DNA from: Vulcanimicrobiota bacterium
Lineage (GTDB): Bacteria > Vulcanimicrobiota > Xenobia > Xenobiales > JADMJV01
Length of the DNA: 64,000 nucleotides
Direction: 5' to 3'
NCBI GenBank assembly: GCA_050250895.1
Contig: JBFWNU010000001.1
Location: 552,008-616,007, forward strand
The notes under the pieces are model-generated. The model was not told where the DNA came from. It was given only the letters and a program-made list of their open reading frames with translations, and made no database searches. Position numbers and translations under genes: made by a program. Below, one piece after another: positions 37,775 to 47,465 of the stretch; the first letter of the stretch is position 1; every line of letters begins with the position of its first letter.

Positions 37775-37801
37775 ACATCGGCCGATGACTGGCAATGTTA
37801 A
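37775..37801 (-). promoter_or_regulatory. sigma28-like promoter of fliQ-fliR-flhB-flhA-fliJ
   Basis: TTAA-N15-GCCGATGT. The -10 lies inside the palindrome CATCGGCCGATG. Confidence 0.55.
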
Positions 37802-37829
37802 GGGCGAAACGGTGAAAGGAGAAAACCTC

Positions 37830-38126
37830 GTGAACATCCCTGCCGGTCTACGCACCAACCCGGTCGCTCCAACCGCGGCCCCCACGACCACCCAGGGCAC
37901 TTCGTCCCGGTCGTTCTCGGGCACTTTGAGCGACGCCATCAACGAGGTCAACCGCCTGCAGATGAAGTCGGCCGACTCTGGCAAGGCCTTGAGTGAAGGC
38001 TCGGCCGAGAGCATCCACCGGGTCGTGCTCGAGGCCGAAGAGGCGAGCCTCTCGATGCAGCTGATGGTAGCCGTGCGTAACAAAGCCATGGATGCCTATC
38101 AAGAAGTCATGAGGATGCAGGTCTAA
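37830..38126 (+). CDS. fliE: Hook-basal body protein FliE
   Basis: 'SF...L..AI..VN..Q', 'VRNK..DAYQEVMRMQV'. Confidence 0.95.
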   Translation: MNIPAGLRTNPVAPTAAPTTTQGTSSRSFSGTLSDAINEVNRLQMKSADSGKALSEGSAESIHRVVLEAEEASLSMQLMVAVRNKAMDAYQEVMRMQV

Positions 38127-38479
38127 TGCTAGAGCCTTTCCTCAACAATCATGATCTGGCCCATCTCAAAGCCGGTATGGAAGTGGCCTGGCGCGAGCAG
38201 AACGAGGTCAACAACAACCTCGTCAACGCCGAGACGCCGGGGTTTCAACCCAAGGACACCGATTTTCGCTCGCTGCTGATGCCCGACCAGGAGGGCGCGG
38301 CCCCCACCCGCGGGCAGGGCTTTGACCTCTACCTCGAGGCTCTCCAGGGACCGGCCAGGTTCGAATTCGAGAAAGAGATGCAGCGTTTGTCGCAGGCCAA
38401 CCTCGAAAACGCCGCCTACACCAAACTACTCACCCGCCGCTACCAGGATCTGCGGACGGTCATTCGGGAGGGACGCTAA
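38126..38479 (+). CDS. flgB: Rod protein FlgB
   Basis: 'NNLVNAETPGF.PKD..F', 'E.EM..L', C-terminal 'VIREGR'. Confidence 0.85.
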   Translation: MLEPFLNNHDLAHLKAGMEVAWREQNEVNNNLVNAETPGFQPKDTDFRSLLMPDQEGAAPTRGQGFDLYLEALQGPARFEFEKEMQRLSQANLENAAYTKLLTRRYQDLRTVIREGR

Positions 38480-38904
38480 TGTCGATGTTCGGATCGATGA
38501 ATATCAGCGCCAGCGGGCTAGAAGCCTCGCGCAAGCGCATGGAGGCGGTGGCCTCGAACCTGGCCAACGCCGAGTCGAGCGCCCCCGTGGGCGGCCCGGT
38601 CTACCAACCCCGTCGGGTCAAACTGTCCCAAGCATACGAAAGCTTTCAAAACGAATTGCGCTGGCAATCCCGCGGCCAGGGGGTCGAGTCCGAGACAGTG
38701 GAAGAGAACCGCCCGGCCCGCCTGGTTCACGACCCCGGCCATCCCGACGCCGACGCCAATGGCATGGTGAGGATTCCCGATATCGAGCTGACCGACGAGC
38801 TGGCCGAAATGATGGCCGCCCGCCGGGCCTACGAAGCGGGACTGACGGCCTACAGCCAGGCCCGCGAGCTCTTCCTGAACACTCTTGACATCATCAGGTC
38901 ATAG
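38479..38904 (+). CDS. flgC: Rod protein FlgC
   Basis: 'ISASGL...R.RM...ASNLANA', 'DPGHPDA...G.V..P', 'RAYEA'. Confidence 0.95.
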   Translation: MSMFGSMNISASGLEASRKRMEAVASNLANAESSAPVGGPVYQPRRVKLSQAYESFQNELRWQSRGQGVESETVEENRPARLVHDPGHPDADANGMVRIPDIELTDELAEMMAARRAYEAGLTAYSQARELFLNTLDIIRS

Positions 38905-38906
38905 CC

Positions 38907-40508
38907 ATGCTTGAAACTCGTCCTAACAATAACATGTTGGCCGACCTGCGCGAGCGCTGGGAGGATATACCCGTCAACCAGAAGCTCATCGCCGTAGCAG
39001 TGATCTGCCTTTTGGTAGCCAGCCTGGTAGGCGTGATGGCCACCCAGAAGAGTGACGCCATGGTGCCCCTGTTCGGGAGTCTCTCGTCGACCCAGGCGGC
39101 CGAAATGGTCCAGAAACTAGAAGAGGGCAACCATCGTTTCGAGCTGGCCGATGGCGGCTCGCTCATCCTGGTGCCCGAAGAAGATCGCCAGCGACTGCGC
39201 CTGGAGATGGCCGGCAACGGCATGCTCAATCAAGAGAATCCGGGCTTTGAGCTGTTCGAAAAAACGACTCTGAGCCGCTCGGACTTCTCGGAGCGGATCA
39301 CCTATCTGCGAGCCCTACAGGGCGAACTGGCCGCCACCATCGAGGCCATTCCCCAGGTGCGCAAGGCGAGAGTCCACCTCAATCTCCCCCGTCGCCCGCT
39401 CTATCTTGACGAAAAGCAAGAGACGAGCGCCGCCGTTTATGTCGAGCTCGCCTCTGGCGCCTCGCTCAACAAGAACCAGATGGCCGGCATCATTAACCTG
39501 GTGGCTAGCTCGGTAGAGGGAATGACCCCAGCCCAGGTCACCTTGATGGACGGTTCGGGAGCCCTGCACATGCGCGGCGACCAGCTCGACGAGCAGGGCG
39601 GCGTGGGCGGTGACGACAACGACCGCTCCAAAGAGATGACCAGGGTGGCCCAAGAACTGGTCGACCGCGTCCTGGGCCCGGGCAAAGCGATGGCTACCGT
39701 GCGCATCGAGCTGGCCCGCGAAGCCCGTACCACCGAGCGCGAAATGGTCGAGCCCGGCAACGATGGCAAAGGGGTGCTACTCCATCAGGAGGAGCAAATC
39801 GAAACCTTCGAGGGCACCAAGCCCAACGCTCGCCAAGAGATCGCACAGGGGGCTGCCCCGGTGACGGCGACCACCCCCCCTACGGCCGAACAAGCCAACG
39901 GCAAAACCCCATCCTATCAGCAAAAGAGCACGAAAGCCGACTTCGCCGTCTCGCGCGTTAAAGAGGTGCTCGAAACCAGGCCTGGCGCCACTTCCCGTCT
40001 GAGCGCCTCGGTCATCGTCGACTCTAAGGCCGGCCTCAGTGAGGACGAAATGGCTGCTCTGGCCGACGGCGTCAAGACCGCCATCGGCTTCGATCAGGCG
40101 CGAGGCGATGCGTTCGAACTGCGCGCGCTCACCTTCAACCGCGACCACCTTGAGGCTATGCAAGAAGAAGTTGCGGCCGAAAATCAGAAGGAGGCCGACC
40201 AGAAGGCTCTGCTGATGTATCTGCTGGCCGGCATCGGTGGCACCACCGTGCTGGGACTTCTGATCGGCTTCATCCTCAAGCGCCGTAAGGCTCGCGAAGT
40301 GGTCTGGATGGATGTCGACGTGAATCCGAACATGCCTCAACAAGAAATGTTCCCTGAGAGGCTCGATCTGGCCCTGCCGGCCGAGATGCCCCCCCTGCCC
40401 ACGGAGGGCGTGGAAGAACTTCTGGTCAAGGCCCTCGAGGCCGTCGAAAGAGAACCAGCCCTGGTGGCTCGCCTGGTCGAGCGTTGGGCCAACGAAGGAG
40501 AACGATAA
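38907..40508 (+). CDS. fliF: MS-ring protein FliF
   Basis: Two TM helices, 'GFELF', 'RALQGELA.TI', 'ARVHL', 'A.SVEG', 'AIGFD..RGD'. Confidence 0.95.
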   Translation: MLETRPNNNMLADLRERWEDIPVNQKLIAVAVICLLVASLVGVMATQKSDAMVPLFGSLSSTQAAEMVQKLEEGNHRFELADGGSLILVPEEDRQRLRLEMAGNGMLNQENPGFELFEKTTLSRSDFSERITYLRALQGELAATIEAIPQVRKARVHLNLPRRPLYLDEKQETSAAVYVELASGASLNKNQMAGIINLVASSVEGMTPAQVTLMDGSGALHMRGDQLDEQGGVGGDDNDRSKEMTRVAQELVDRVLGPGKAMATVRIELAREARTTEREMVEPGNDGKGVLLHQEEQIETFEGTKPNARQEIAQGAAPVTATTPPTAEQANGKTPSYQQKSTKADFAVSRVKEVLETRPGATSRLSASVIVDSKAGLSEDEMAALADGVKTAIGFDQARGDAFELRALTFNRDHLEAMQEEVAAENQKEADQKALLMYLLAGIGGTTVLGLLIGFILKRRKAREVVWMDVDVNPNMPQQEMFPERLDLALPAEMPPLPTEGVEELLVKALEAVEREPALVARLVERWANEGER

Positions 40509-40516
40509 TCGTGAGT

Positions 40517-41458
40517 ATGAAGCGCGCTGCCACTCTGTTGCTCTGTTTGGGAGTCGACGCCGCCGTCGAAATCACCAAGCGGCTCGACCAGTCTCTGGCC
40601 TACGACGTCATTCGCGAGGCGGCCAAGATCTCGGCTCTGGAGGCCGAAGAGATCTCGGAGGTTCTCAAGGATTTCAACGAGCAGTTGCCCGAACTCAAGC
40701 GCTCGCCTTCGGGCAAGCGATTCGCCGCCGAGGTGCTCAAGCGGTCGTTCGGCGAAGACCAGGCCGCCTCCATCGACTTTCTGCGCCGCCTCGACCGCAT
40801 CCAGTTGCAGGACATCGTCGAGACCGAGCATCCCCAGGTGGCGGCCTTCGTGCTCTCTTACATTCATTCGGATGTAGCCAGCTCGTTGCTAGCCTCGCTC
40901 GACCCTGAGCGCCAGGTAGAGATTGCGCGTCGCATCGCCCGCACCGAACCGCCTCAGCGCGAGGGGATCGCCCATCTGGTGCGCAGCCTCAGCAATCGCC
41001 TCAGCTTCCTGGGCGCGGCCGAGCGGGTCACCGAGGATGTGGGCGGGGTCGATTCGCTGGTCAGCATCATGAAGAACGTGGGCCGCGATGTCGAGCAAAA
41101 CATCCTGCAGGGTTTCGAGGAAGAAGAGCCCGATTTGGCCGAGGAGATCAAGAAGCGCATGTTCGTCTTCGACGACCTGATGCTACTCGACGACCGCGCC
41201 TTCCAGAAAGTGCTCAAGGAGGTCGACGGCAAAATCCTGGCCCTGGCCATGCGTCGCGCCTCCAAAGAGATCGTCGAACTCATCCATCGCAACCTGTCCG
41301 AGCGCGCCCGCAATATCCTCAAAGAGGACGTTGCCTCGATGGGCAAGGTGCGCGTGCGCGACGTGGACAAGGCCCAGACCGAGATCGTCAACATCGTGCG
41401 TCGTCTGGAAGAATCTGGCGAAATCAACGTAAGCCGCGAGGACGAAAAGTTTGTCTAG
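40517..41458 (+). CDS. fliG: Motor switch protein FliG
   Basis: EHPQ motif, 'GGV', MFVFDDL, 'NLSERA..IL.ED..MG.VR..DV..AQ'. Confidence 0.96.
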   Translation: MKRAATLLLCLGVDAAVEITKRLDQSLAYDVIREAAKISALEAEEISEVLKDFNEQLPELKRSPSGKRFAAEVLKRSFGEDQAASIDFLRRLDRIQLQDIVETEHPQVAAFVLSYIHSDVASSLLASLDPERQVEIARRIARTEPPQREGIAHLVRSLSNRLSFLGAAERVTEDVGGVDSLVSIMKNVGRDVEQNILQGFEEEEPDLAEEIKKRMFVFDDLMLLDDRAFQKVLKEVDGKILALAMRRASKEIVELIHRNLSERARNILKEDVASMGKVRVRDVDKAQTEIVNIVRRLEESGEINVSREDEKFV

Positions 41459-42092
41459 CGCCAAAGCCTGGGTCATTCCCCAACTCTGTTCAACCTATCG
41501 CCAGACCGAGGAACCAGGCGGTGCCGCTGAGCTGGCCCTGCTGGAAGAGGCCGTCGAGCAAGCCCGCGACATTCGCGAGATGGCCCGACGCGAAGCCAAT
41601 CGCGAGCGCCAGGCGGCCCGCACTGAAGGCTACGCCGAAGGCCTGGCGGCCGGACGGGCAGAGGCCCGCGAGGCCTACCGCCGCGAACAAGACTCGCGAG
41701 AAGAACGCTTTCGGGCCAACTTCGAGGTGCTGCAAGAAGCCGCCGAGGCTCGCTGGGCCGAACTTTGCGATGAGCTGAGCCAGTCGGTGGTGGAACTGGC
41801 CCAGGCCATGATGGCCAAGCTGGTCGGGCCCGAGCACATGGCTCATCTACCCGTGAGCGAGGTTCGGCGGGCTGTCGAGCTTTTCGGAGACATGGACGAA
41901 GTCGTGGTCAAAGTGCATCCTCTCAGTCTCAACCTGGCGGGCTCGGTGACCCGAGGTTTTCGCCTGGAAGGCGATGAGTCGCTCGACCCGGGAGATTTCA
42001 TCGTAGTAACCCCCCGGGGACAGGTGGACGGGCGGGTGGTCACCCGCCAGGCGCGGCTGGCCGCCTGGCTCGAAGAGCAAACTATTTGTTGA
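41451..42092 (+). CDS. fliH: Flagellar assembly protein FliH
   Basis: GxxxG repeats 'EGYAEGLAAG', 'V.VHP', 'D..L.PGD..V.T..G.VDG'. Confidence 0.8.
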   Translation: MSSAKAWVIPQLCSTYRQTEEPGGAAELALLEEAVEQARDIREMARREANRERQAARTEGYAEGLAAGRAEAREAYRREQDSREERFRANFEVLQEAAEARWAELCDELSQSVVELAQAMMAKLVGPEHMAHLPVSEVRRAVELFGDMDEVVVKVHPLSLNLAGSVTRGFRLEGDESLDPGDFIVVTPRGQVDGRVVTRQARLAAWLEEQTIC

Positions 42093-42735
42093 GGACCTCG
42101 GTAGCGAAATCTGGATAGTAGAGCGGGTGGTCGTTGTCCTTGACCACGTTCTCGTTCATCTGCAGGTCGCAATCATCGACTTTGACGGCGGAGGCGTTCT
42201 TCTCGATGCGATTGCGGTAGAGCATGAGGCTCGACCGGTAGCCCCAGACTCCGGCATAGGTGTTGTGATGGATGCGGCAACCGCTCACCACCACCTCCTT
42301 CGCATCGTGGGCATAAACGCCGGCCGCGCCACAACCATTGAGGTCGCAATTCTTCACCAGAATCTTGGACGACTCGGAGATGTCGATGACCGCGCCCTCG
42401 CATTGATACTCGTTGGCGGGTCGCTGGTGACGGGCCGACAGGTTGACCAGAAACACCCGTGAGCACTTTTCCAGCCGGATCACGGCCTGATCGAGATTGG
42501 TGAGGATCAATTCCACCTCGCCCCGACCGCGCAGGGTGACATTGTTGAGCCCGCTCAGCACCAGTCCCTGGTCCAGGACGTACTGGCCGGAGCGCAATTC
42601 GATCACGTCACCGGACCTGGCCCGGGCCAGGAAAACCCCCAGGGAATCAGTGTTCTCGGGAGTCAGGGTCAGTTCTTCGGCAAAGGCGCCCGAAGAAACC
42701 ACCAGCAGCAGAACTATCGCCATGAAACGTCGCAT
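42082..42735 (-). CDS. Secreted right-handed parallel beta-helix protein
   Basis: Signal peptide, 'GD.I.L..G.Y', and Asn/Cys-laddered beta-helix repeats. Confidence 0.8.
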   Translation of the reverse strand: MRRFMAIVLLLVVSSGAFAEELTLTPENTDSLGVFLARARSGDVIELRSGQYVLDQGLVLSGLNNVTLRGRGEVELILTNLDQAVIRLEKCSRVFLVNLSARHQRPANEYQCEGAVIDISESSKILVKNCDLNGCGAAGVYAHDAKEVVVSGCRIHHNTYAGVWGYRSSLMLYRNRIEKNASAVKVDDCDLQMNENVVKDNDHPLYYPDFATEVLNK

Positions 42736-42885
42736 CGCCGGTGCTTCGCAACCCGGGCCTCTACTCCTGGAAGGGGTCGAACCTTGACCGAAATTCTATT
42801 CGCATCTTGCAGGCAAAATATACTAGTGGGAGAAGCGGGGGCAACCAGAACATGACTCCAACCTCTGGTATGAAAGGAAGGTCCT

Positions 42886-44991
42886 ATGCTTAGACAGCTT
42901 TCCCGAGCCCGAGAACGCTTCTCGTGGCGTAAAGCGGCCGCCGGAGCCCTGCTCGCTGGCGCGCTTCTCTTCACTGGCTGTAATGATAGTGACAATAACG
43001 ACATTTTCGGGGGCATTCCCGGAGGACAGGGTCGCCCAATCAACATCTTCGGCCTGACCGTGTATGTCTCGAACAACGGCGCTGCTAACGCCGGCCAGGT
43101 GGACCAGACCGACCAGGTCTTCACCAATCAGGCCACCTCGACGCCGGGCAACAACGAAGGTGTCGAACTCGATCCTTTCGGAAACCTCTATCAGGCCGGC
43201 GACCTGGCCGCCGGCTCGCTGCGCGTTTTCTCCAAGGTAAAGGGCCGCACCACCGCCTTCAACGCCACCCTTGACCGCGAGCTCACCGGGGCCAACACGA
43301 CCCTGACCAACCCCAAGGGTATCGCTCGCGCCAACGCCCGCGGCCTGGTCATCATCGCCGACTTCGGCACCAACCTGGCCACCTCGGGCCTCACCGTCTT
43401 CGGCGAGAACACCGGCGGCAACCAGGCCCCCCTGGCCATGCGAAACGTCGGTGCCCGCCCCTGGGATGTCGCCTATGACGAGGCCAACGACCGCCTCTAC
43501 GTGGCCTTCACCAACGGCACGATCGGCGTCTTCGACACCTTCGTAGGCGGCGGCTTCGCTCCCGGTGGGGCAGCCACCCGCGTCATCACCCCGGTCGACG
43601 GCAACAACGCCCAACTCTCGATCAACTTGCATGGTATCGTGTTCGATCCCCTCTTCAACCGCGTCATCGTCTCTGATGTGGGTGCGGTCAATGCCGGGCA
43701 AAGCGCCAATTTCGCCAGTGACGGCCGCATCTATGTCATCGGCAACGCCGCGACCGCGGCGGGCAACGTGCAGCCTCTTCGCGTCATTCGCGGTGACCAG
43801 ACCCAGCTGGGCAACCCGGTCGACATCACCTATGACGGTCTCAACTTGCGAGTGGCCGAAAAAGCCAATAACAAACTGCTGATCTTCGCCAGCCTGTATC
43901 TCGACACCACCACCAACGCCGCTCCCGACGTATCGGTCGACGAAACCGGTCCGGAGTCGCTGGTCAACCAGGCGCAGACGGTGGTCACCAGCAACGATAC
44001 CTCGGACCTCGACGGCATCAACACCATCACCTCGGTGCTGAGCAGCTCGAACCCGGGCACCGGCGCCGGAACCACCGGCGAGATCTCGCGCCTGGCTCCG
44101 GCTCTCAATAACGTGGTGACGACTTTCACGGCTAACAACGGCACCTTCCCGGCGGCCAACTTCGCCATCGAGAGCGCCAAAGTCGATCGTCTCGGTAACG
44201 TCTTCGCCACTTTCGACATGGGCGCCGCCGGCCCGGGTGGTATCTTCGTCCTCAACCGCGTCGGCACCCAGCGTAACGGCGGGGCTCTCAACCTGTCGGA
44301 AGACCGCGCCATCTTCGGGGCCGCCACCGGCCTGCAGTCTCCCAAAGGCCTCGACCTGGTCGAGTCTCGCGACGCCATCCTGGTGGCCGACCTGGGCACC
44401 GGCACCATCCGTCGCTTCGGCAAGAACGCCGAGGGCAACGTAGCTCCGACCCTGGTGACCACTCCCGGCGTCAACCCCTGGGATTGCGACTATGACCCTC
44501 GCAACGACCGTCTCTTCGTGGCCCTCACCAACGGCACCGTCGGTGTTTATGACAACTACTTCGCCAACAACCCGACGGGAGCGCCCACTCGCATCATCAC
44601 CCCCAACGTCAACCCGGCCTCGATGAACCTTCACGGGATCATCTATGATGCGGCCAACGACGCCTTGATCGTGTCCGACATCGGCTCGCCGGCCGATGCC
44701 ACCGACGGCAAGCTCTACGTCATCTCCAACGTGGGCACGCTGACGGCGGCCAACAACAACCCTACCCCGAGCGTGCGCATCGCCGGGGCGGCCACCCAGC
44801 TGGGCAACCCCGTCGACGTAGCCTTCGACGGAGCCAACCTCTATGTGGCTGAAAAGTCCAACGGCCAGATCCTGCGCTTTGACGCCGTGCGCGTGCCAGT
44901 AGCCGCCGACCCCAACCGGGCTCCCTCGGCTTCCATCGCTCGCACCGCTCCCGAGTCGGTCACCGTGCTGCCCCCGGGCACCAACCCGTAG
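42886..44991 (+). CDS. Lipoprotein with two tandem NHL/beta-propeller-like halves
   Basis: Lipobox LFTGC. Internal duplication of PKG.., PWD..YD..NDRL.VA.TNGT, NLHGI and TQLGNPVD...AEK.N. Confidence 0.8.
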   Translation: MLRQLSRARERFSWRKAAAGALLAGALLFTGCNDSDNNDIFGGIPGGQGRPINIFGLTVYVSNNGAANAGQVDQTDQVFTNQATSTPGNNEGVELDPFGNLYQAGDLAAGSLRVFSKVKGRTTAFNATLDRELTGANTTLTNPKGIARANARGLVIIADFGTNLATSGLTVFGENTGGNQAPLAMRNVGARPWDVAYDEANDRLYVAFTNGTIGVFDTFVGGGFAPGGAATRVITPVDGNNAQLSINLHGIVFDPLFNRVIVSDVGAVNAGQSANFASDGRIYVIGNAATAAGNVQPLRVIRGDQTQLGNPVDITYDGLNLRVAEKANNKLLIFASLYLDTTTNAAPDVSVDETGPESLVNQAQTVVTSNDTSDLDGINTITSVLSSSNPGTGAGTTGEISRLAPALNNVVTTFTANNGTFPAANFAIESAKVDRLGNVFATFDMGAAGPGGIFVLNRVGTQRNGGALNLSEDRAIFGAATGLQSPKGLDLVESRDAILVADLGTGTIRRFGKNAEGNVAPTLVTTPGVNPWDCDYDPRNDRLFVALTNGTVGVYDNYFANNPTGAPTRIITPNVNPASMNLHGIIYDAANDALIVSDIGSPADATDGKLYVISNVGTLTAANNNPTPSVRIAGAATQLGNPVDVAFDGANLYVAEKSNGQILRFDAVRVPVAADPNRAPSASIARTAPESVTVLPPGTNP

Positions 44992-45007
44992 TCAGCCCCG
45001 ACCCGCG

Positions 45008-45036
45008 AAAAGCCACCCTTCGGGGTGGCTTTTTTT
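45008..45036. terminator. Bidirectional intrinsic terminator
   Basis: AAAAGCCACCC-TTCG-GGGTGGCTTTTTTT between convergent genes. Confidence 0.9.
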
Positions 45037-46078
45037 ATTGGCGCCAGGCTCCCTCGACCCACCCCGTGGCGCGTCGGTGCCGGCGCAGCCGCTGCTGCTC
45101 CTTGACCTCGTCGAGGTGGAGACCCAATTCGACCAGGGCTGCCTCCATCCACAACTTGCCCTTGGCCGCGGTGGACACACTCGGAGCGCCATAGCTACCG
45201 GTGCGGGTGTCGTCGCTCCAGGGCGGATTGGCGACCAACACCCCGTCTGAAATCCAGTCGACCTGATAGCGCGGGGTGGCCACGAAGTCGACCTCGTCGA
45301 CCGCTCGCTCCATGTGCACCAACTCTGGTCGCAGATGGAGCAGATAGCTGGTTTCGAGTTCGCAGGCGTGGCCCATCAACTTCGAGTCACGGGTCCGCTC
45401 GAGTAATTCTGCCGCCGCGCCTGACGAGGTGTGCAAAAACGAAGTCGTCACGAACATCTCGGGCCAGCGGTCACCGGCGAACTTGGTCACGTTCACCAGA
45501 AACGAGTGGTTGCCTCCGTGGCCGTTGAGCAGATAGACGCAGTCGAAACCCAGCCCCCGCAGGCAGCCTACGATGTCGACCCAGAAGTCTTCCCAGGCGC
45601 GCGGCTCGATGGTTAGAGTGCCTGGATACTGGCGGCGGTGGGTACTCACTCCATAAGGCCAGACCGGCAGGCAAGTTACGTCCGGCCGACGACCAAGGGC
45701 CTCACCCAGCGCGCCGGCGATGACGGTGTCGGTGGACAGTGGCAGATGAAAGCCGTGCTGCTCGGTATGGCCGGTGCACAGCAGAGCAACCTCGGTCAAC
45801 GGTAGCTCGACCGGGCCGGGACACTCCACCAGGTGTTGGTTGTGAAATCCGTCCTCGGCCAGAACGGCTCGCAGCGAGTCGAGCACCCGCTCGAAGCTGT
45901 CCGCCTTGAGCGGGGGCGCAAATCCAAACGGCAGAGCCGGAAAGAGGATGCGGTCGGGCCCGGGCAAGTCGTCTGGCAAAGGCCCCCTGCCCAGGGGCAG
46001 GATGACGGGCCAACTGCGGTCGAGTTGTTCGACTTCGGGGAAGGTCAGTTCTTCATAACGGAGATTCACCCGAGGCAT
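45035..46078 (-). CDS. Creatininase/MftE-family amidohydrolase
   Basis: 'G.TEQHG.HLPL.TD', 'YGVS', 'PGT', 'NGHGGN', 'HACELETS'. Confidence 0.88.
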   Translation of the reverse strand: MPRVNLRYEELTFPEVEQLDRSWPVILPLGRGPLPDDLPGPDRILFPALPFGFAPPLKADSFERVLDSLRAVLAEDGFHNQHLVECPGPVELPLTEVALLCTGHTEQHGFHLPLSTDTVIAGALGEALGRRPDVTCLPVWPYGVSTHRRQYPGTLTIEPRAWEDFWVDIVGCLRGLGFDCVYLLNGHGGNHSFLVNVTKFAGDRWPEMFVTTSFLHTSSGAAAELLERTRDSKLMGHACELETSYLLHLRPELVHMERAVDEVDFVATPRYQVDWISDGVLVANPPWSDDTRTGSYGAPSVSTAAKGKLWMEAALVELGLHLDEVKEQQRLRRHRRATGWVEGAWRQ

Positions 46079-47339
46079 TTCCCTGAGCGTCGGCGAGCCA
46101 CCTCCGGGCCGCGACCAGGCCCAGGGGAGTGACCAGGGCGATACAGGCATAGATCAGCCACAGCACCTCGGGGCGACCCGGGCCGCCGAGGGGCAGGTAG
46201 TGCTCGAGCATCCAGCCCGAATAGAGCCCGGTGGTAAACTTGGCGCAGAACCAGGGAATGCCGGCCATCCCCATGTAAGCTCCCAGCCGTCCGGGTGGCG
46301 CGATCTCGGCCACATACTCGAGAAAGCGCGAGCCCCACATGGCCTCGCCCACCGAAAACAGCACGATATAGATGAGCAGATTGCGCAAACTCGGTGGACC
46401 GGCCAGACAAAAGGTAGTGACGGCCGTCAGGCCGGTGCCCGCGATCATCACGTCTACGATGCGGACGCGGCGGGTCCAGAGGGTGAACAGCGGAACCAGC
46501 ACCAACACAATCGGGGGATTGATTCCCATCAGCCATTCGAAGCGGTCGGAAATCTCCGTGGGAAAGGTGCGAAAGACATAGTTGGGCAGGGTCAGGAACT
46601 GATGAGCAAAGAGCGTCCGCACTGGCAGCAGGATGAAGATGAAAAAGATGAAGCGCGAGTCGAAGCCTCCCCCCACCTCGGCCGCCTGACCGGTCTCGAG
46701 CGCAGCGGGGGGTTGATAGAAGGCTAGATGGAAAGCCACCGTGGCCCAGGTCAAGAGGGCCGCTACCCAGAAGACGCCCGTGATACCCAGGCCCAGCCCG
46801 TGAACCTGAAACCAGGCGGGCCCGAAAACTGCCTTGGTGCGCACCAGAGGGCTGAGAAAGCTGCCCACTCCGATACCCAGACTCAGGGTGGCGTAAAGCA
46901 CGCTATAGCCCAGACTGGCGGCGCGGGGTTCGGCGTGCACCTTGACACCCGTGTAGAGGGCCGGCTGACTGATCCCCGAGCCCACGGCCGAGAGCAAGAG
47001 CCCGGCCACCGCCGCCCCCCATCCCAACCCCGACGAAGCCGCCAGTAACGTGCGTCCAAGCGCGGTGAGCACCATCGAGACGGTAATGGCCCGTCCCACC
47101 CCCAGCCGATCGCTGACGCGTCCACCCCACAACATGGTGATGGTGACCAGACCCGTGTAGAACGAGACCATCAAGCCGGCTGGCCGGTCGGACCAACCCA
47201 ATTCACCGAGAAAAAGCGTGAGCAGCGTCAGGATCAAAAAATAGGCGATGTTGTCGCCCAGATTGACCGTGTTCACCAGCCAGAACCCGCGCGAGCGCGT
47301 CAACAGCAGCCGAATAGCCAGGCGGGACTCTTGGTTCAC
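46053..47339 (-). CDS. MFS transporter (peptide/POT-like)
   Basis: About 12 hydrophobic segments, MFS motif 'GRVSDRLG', 'APPGR.G.YMG'. Confidence 0.85.
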   Translation of the reverse strand: MNQESRLAIRLLLTRSRGFWLVNTVNLGDNIAYFLILTLLTLFLGELGWSDRPAGLMVSFYTGLVTITMLWGGRVSDRLGVGRAITVSMVLTALGRTLLAASSGLGWGAAVAGLLLSAVGSGISQPALYTGVKVHAEPRAASLGYSVLYATLSLGIGVGSFLSPLVRTKAVFGPAWFQVHGLGLGITGVFWVAALLTWATVAFHLAFYQPPAALETGQAAEVGGGFDSRFIFFIFILLPVRTLFAHQFLTLPNYVFRTFPTEISDRFEWLMGINPPIVLVLVPLFTLWTRRVRIVDVMIAGTGLTAVTTFCLAGPPSLRNLLIYIVLFSVGEAMWGSRFLEYVAEIAPPGRLGAYMGMAGIPWFCAKFTTGLYSGWMLEHYLPLGGPGRPEVLWLIYACIALVTPLGLVAARRWLADAQGNASGESPL

Positions 47340-47465
47340 CGAGCAGACTTCGGCGCCGGTCGATCCGCCGCCTCTCGTGAGGAATCCCTTTCAATGGTTA
47401 GTTTTCAGGATGCATGACCGCAGCCTCCATTGATACTATGGGCACCTCGAACACCATTAGGGGGA

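Noticed and set aside
42823-44634. 603-aa minus-strand ORF
   Set aside because: Antisense shadow of the propeller lipoprotein.
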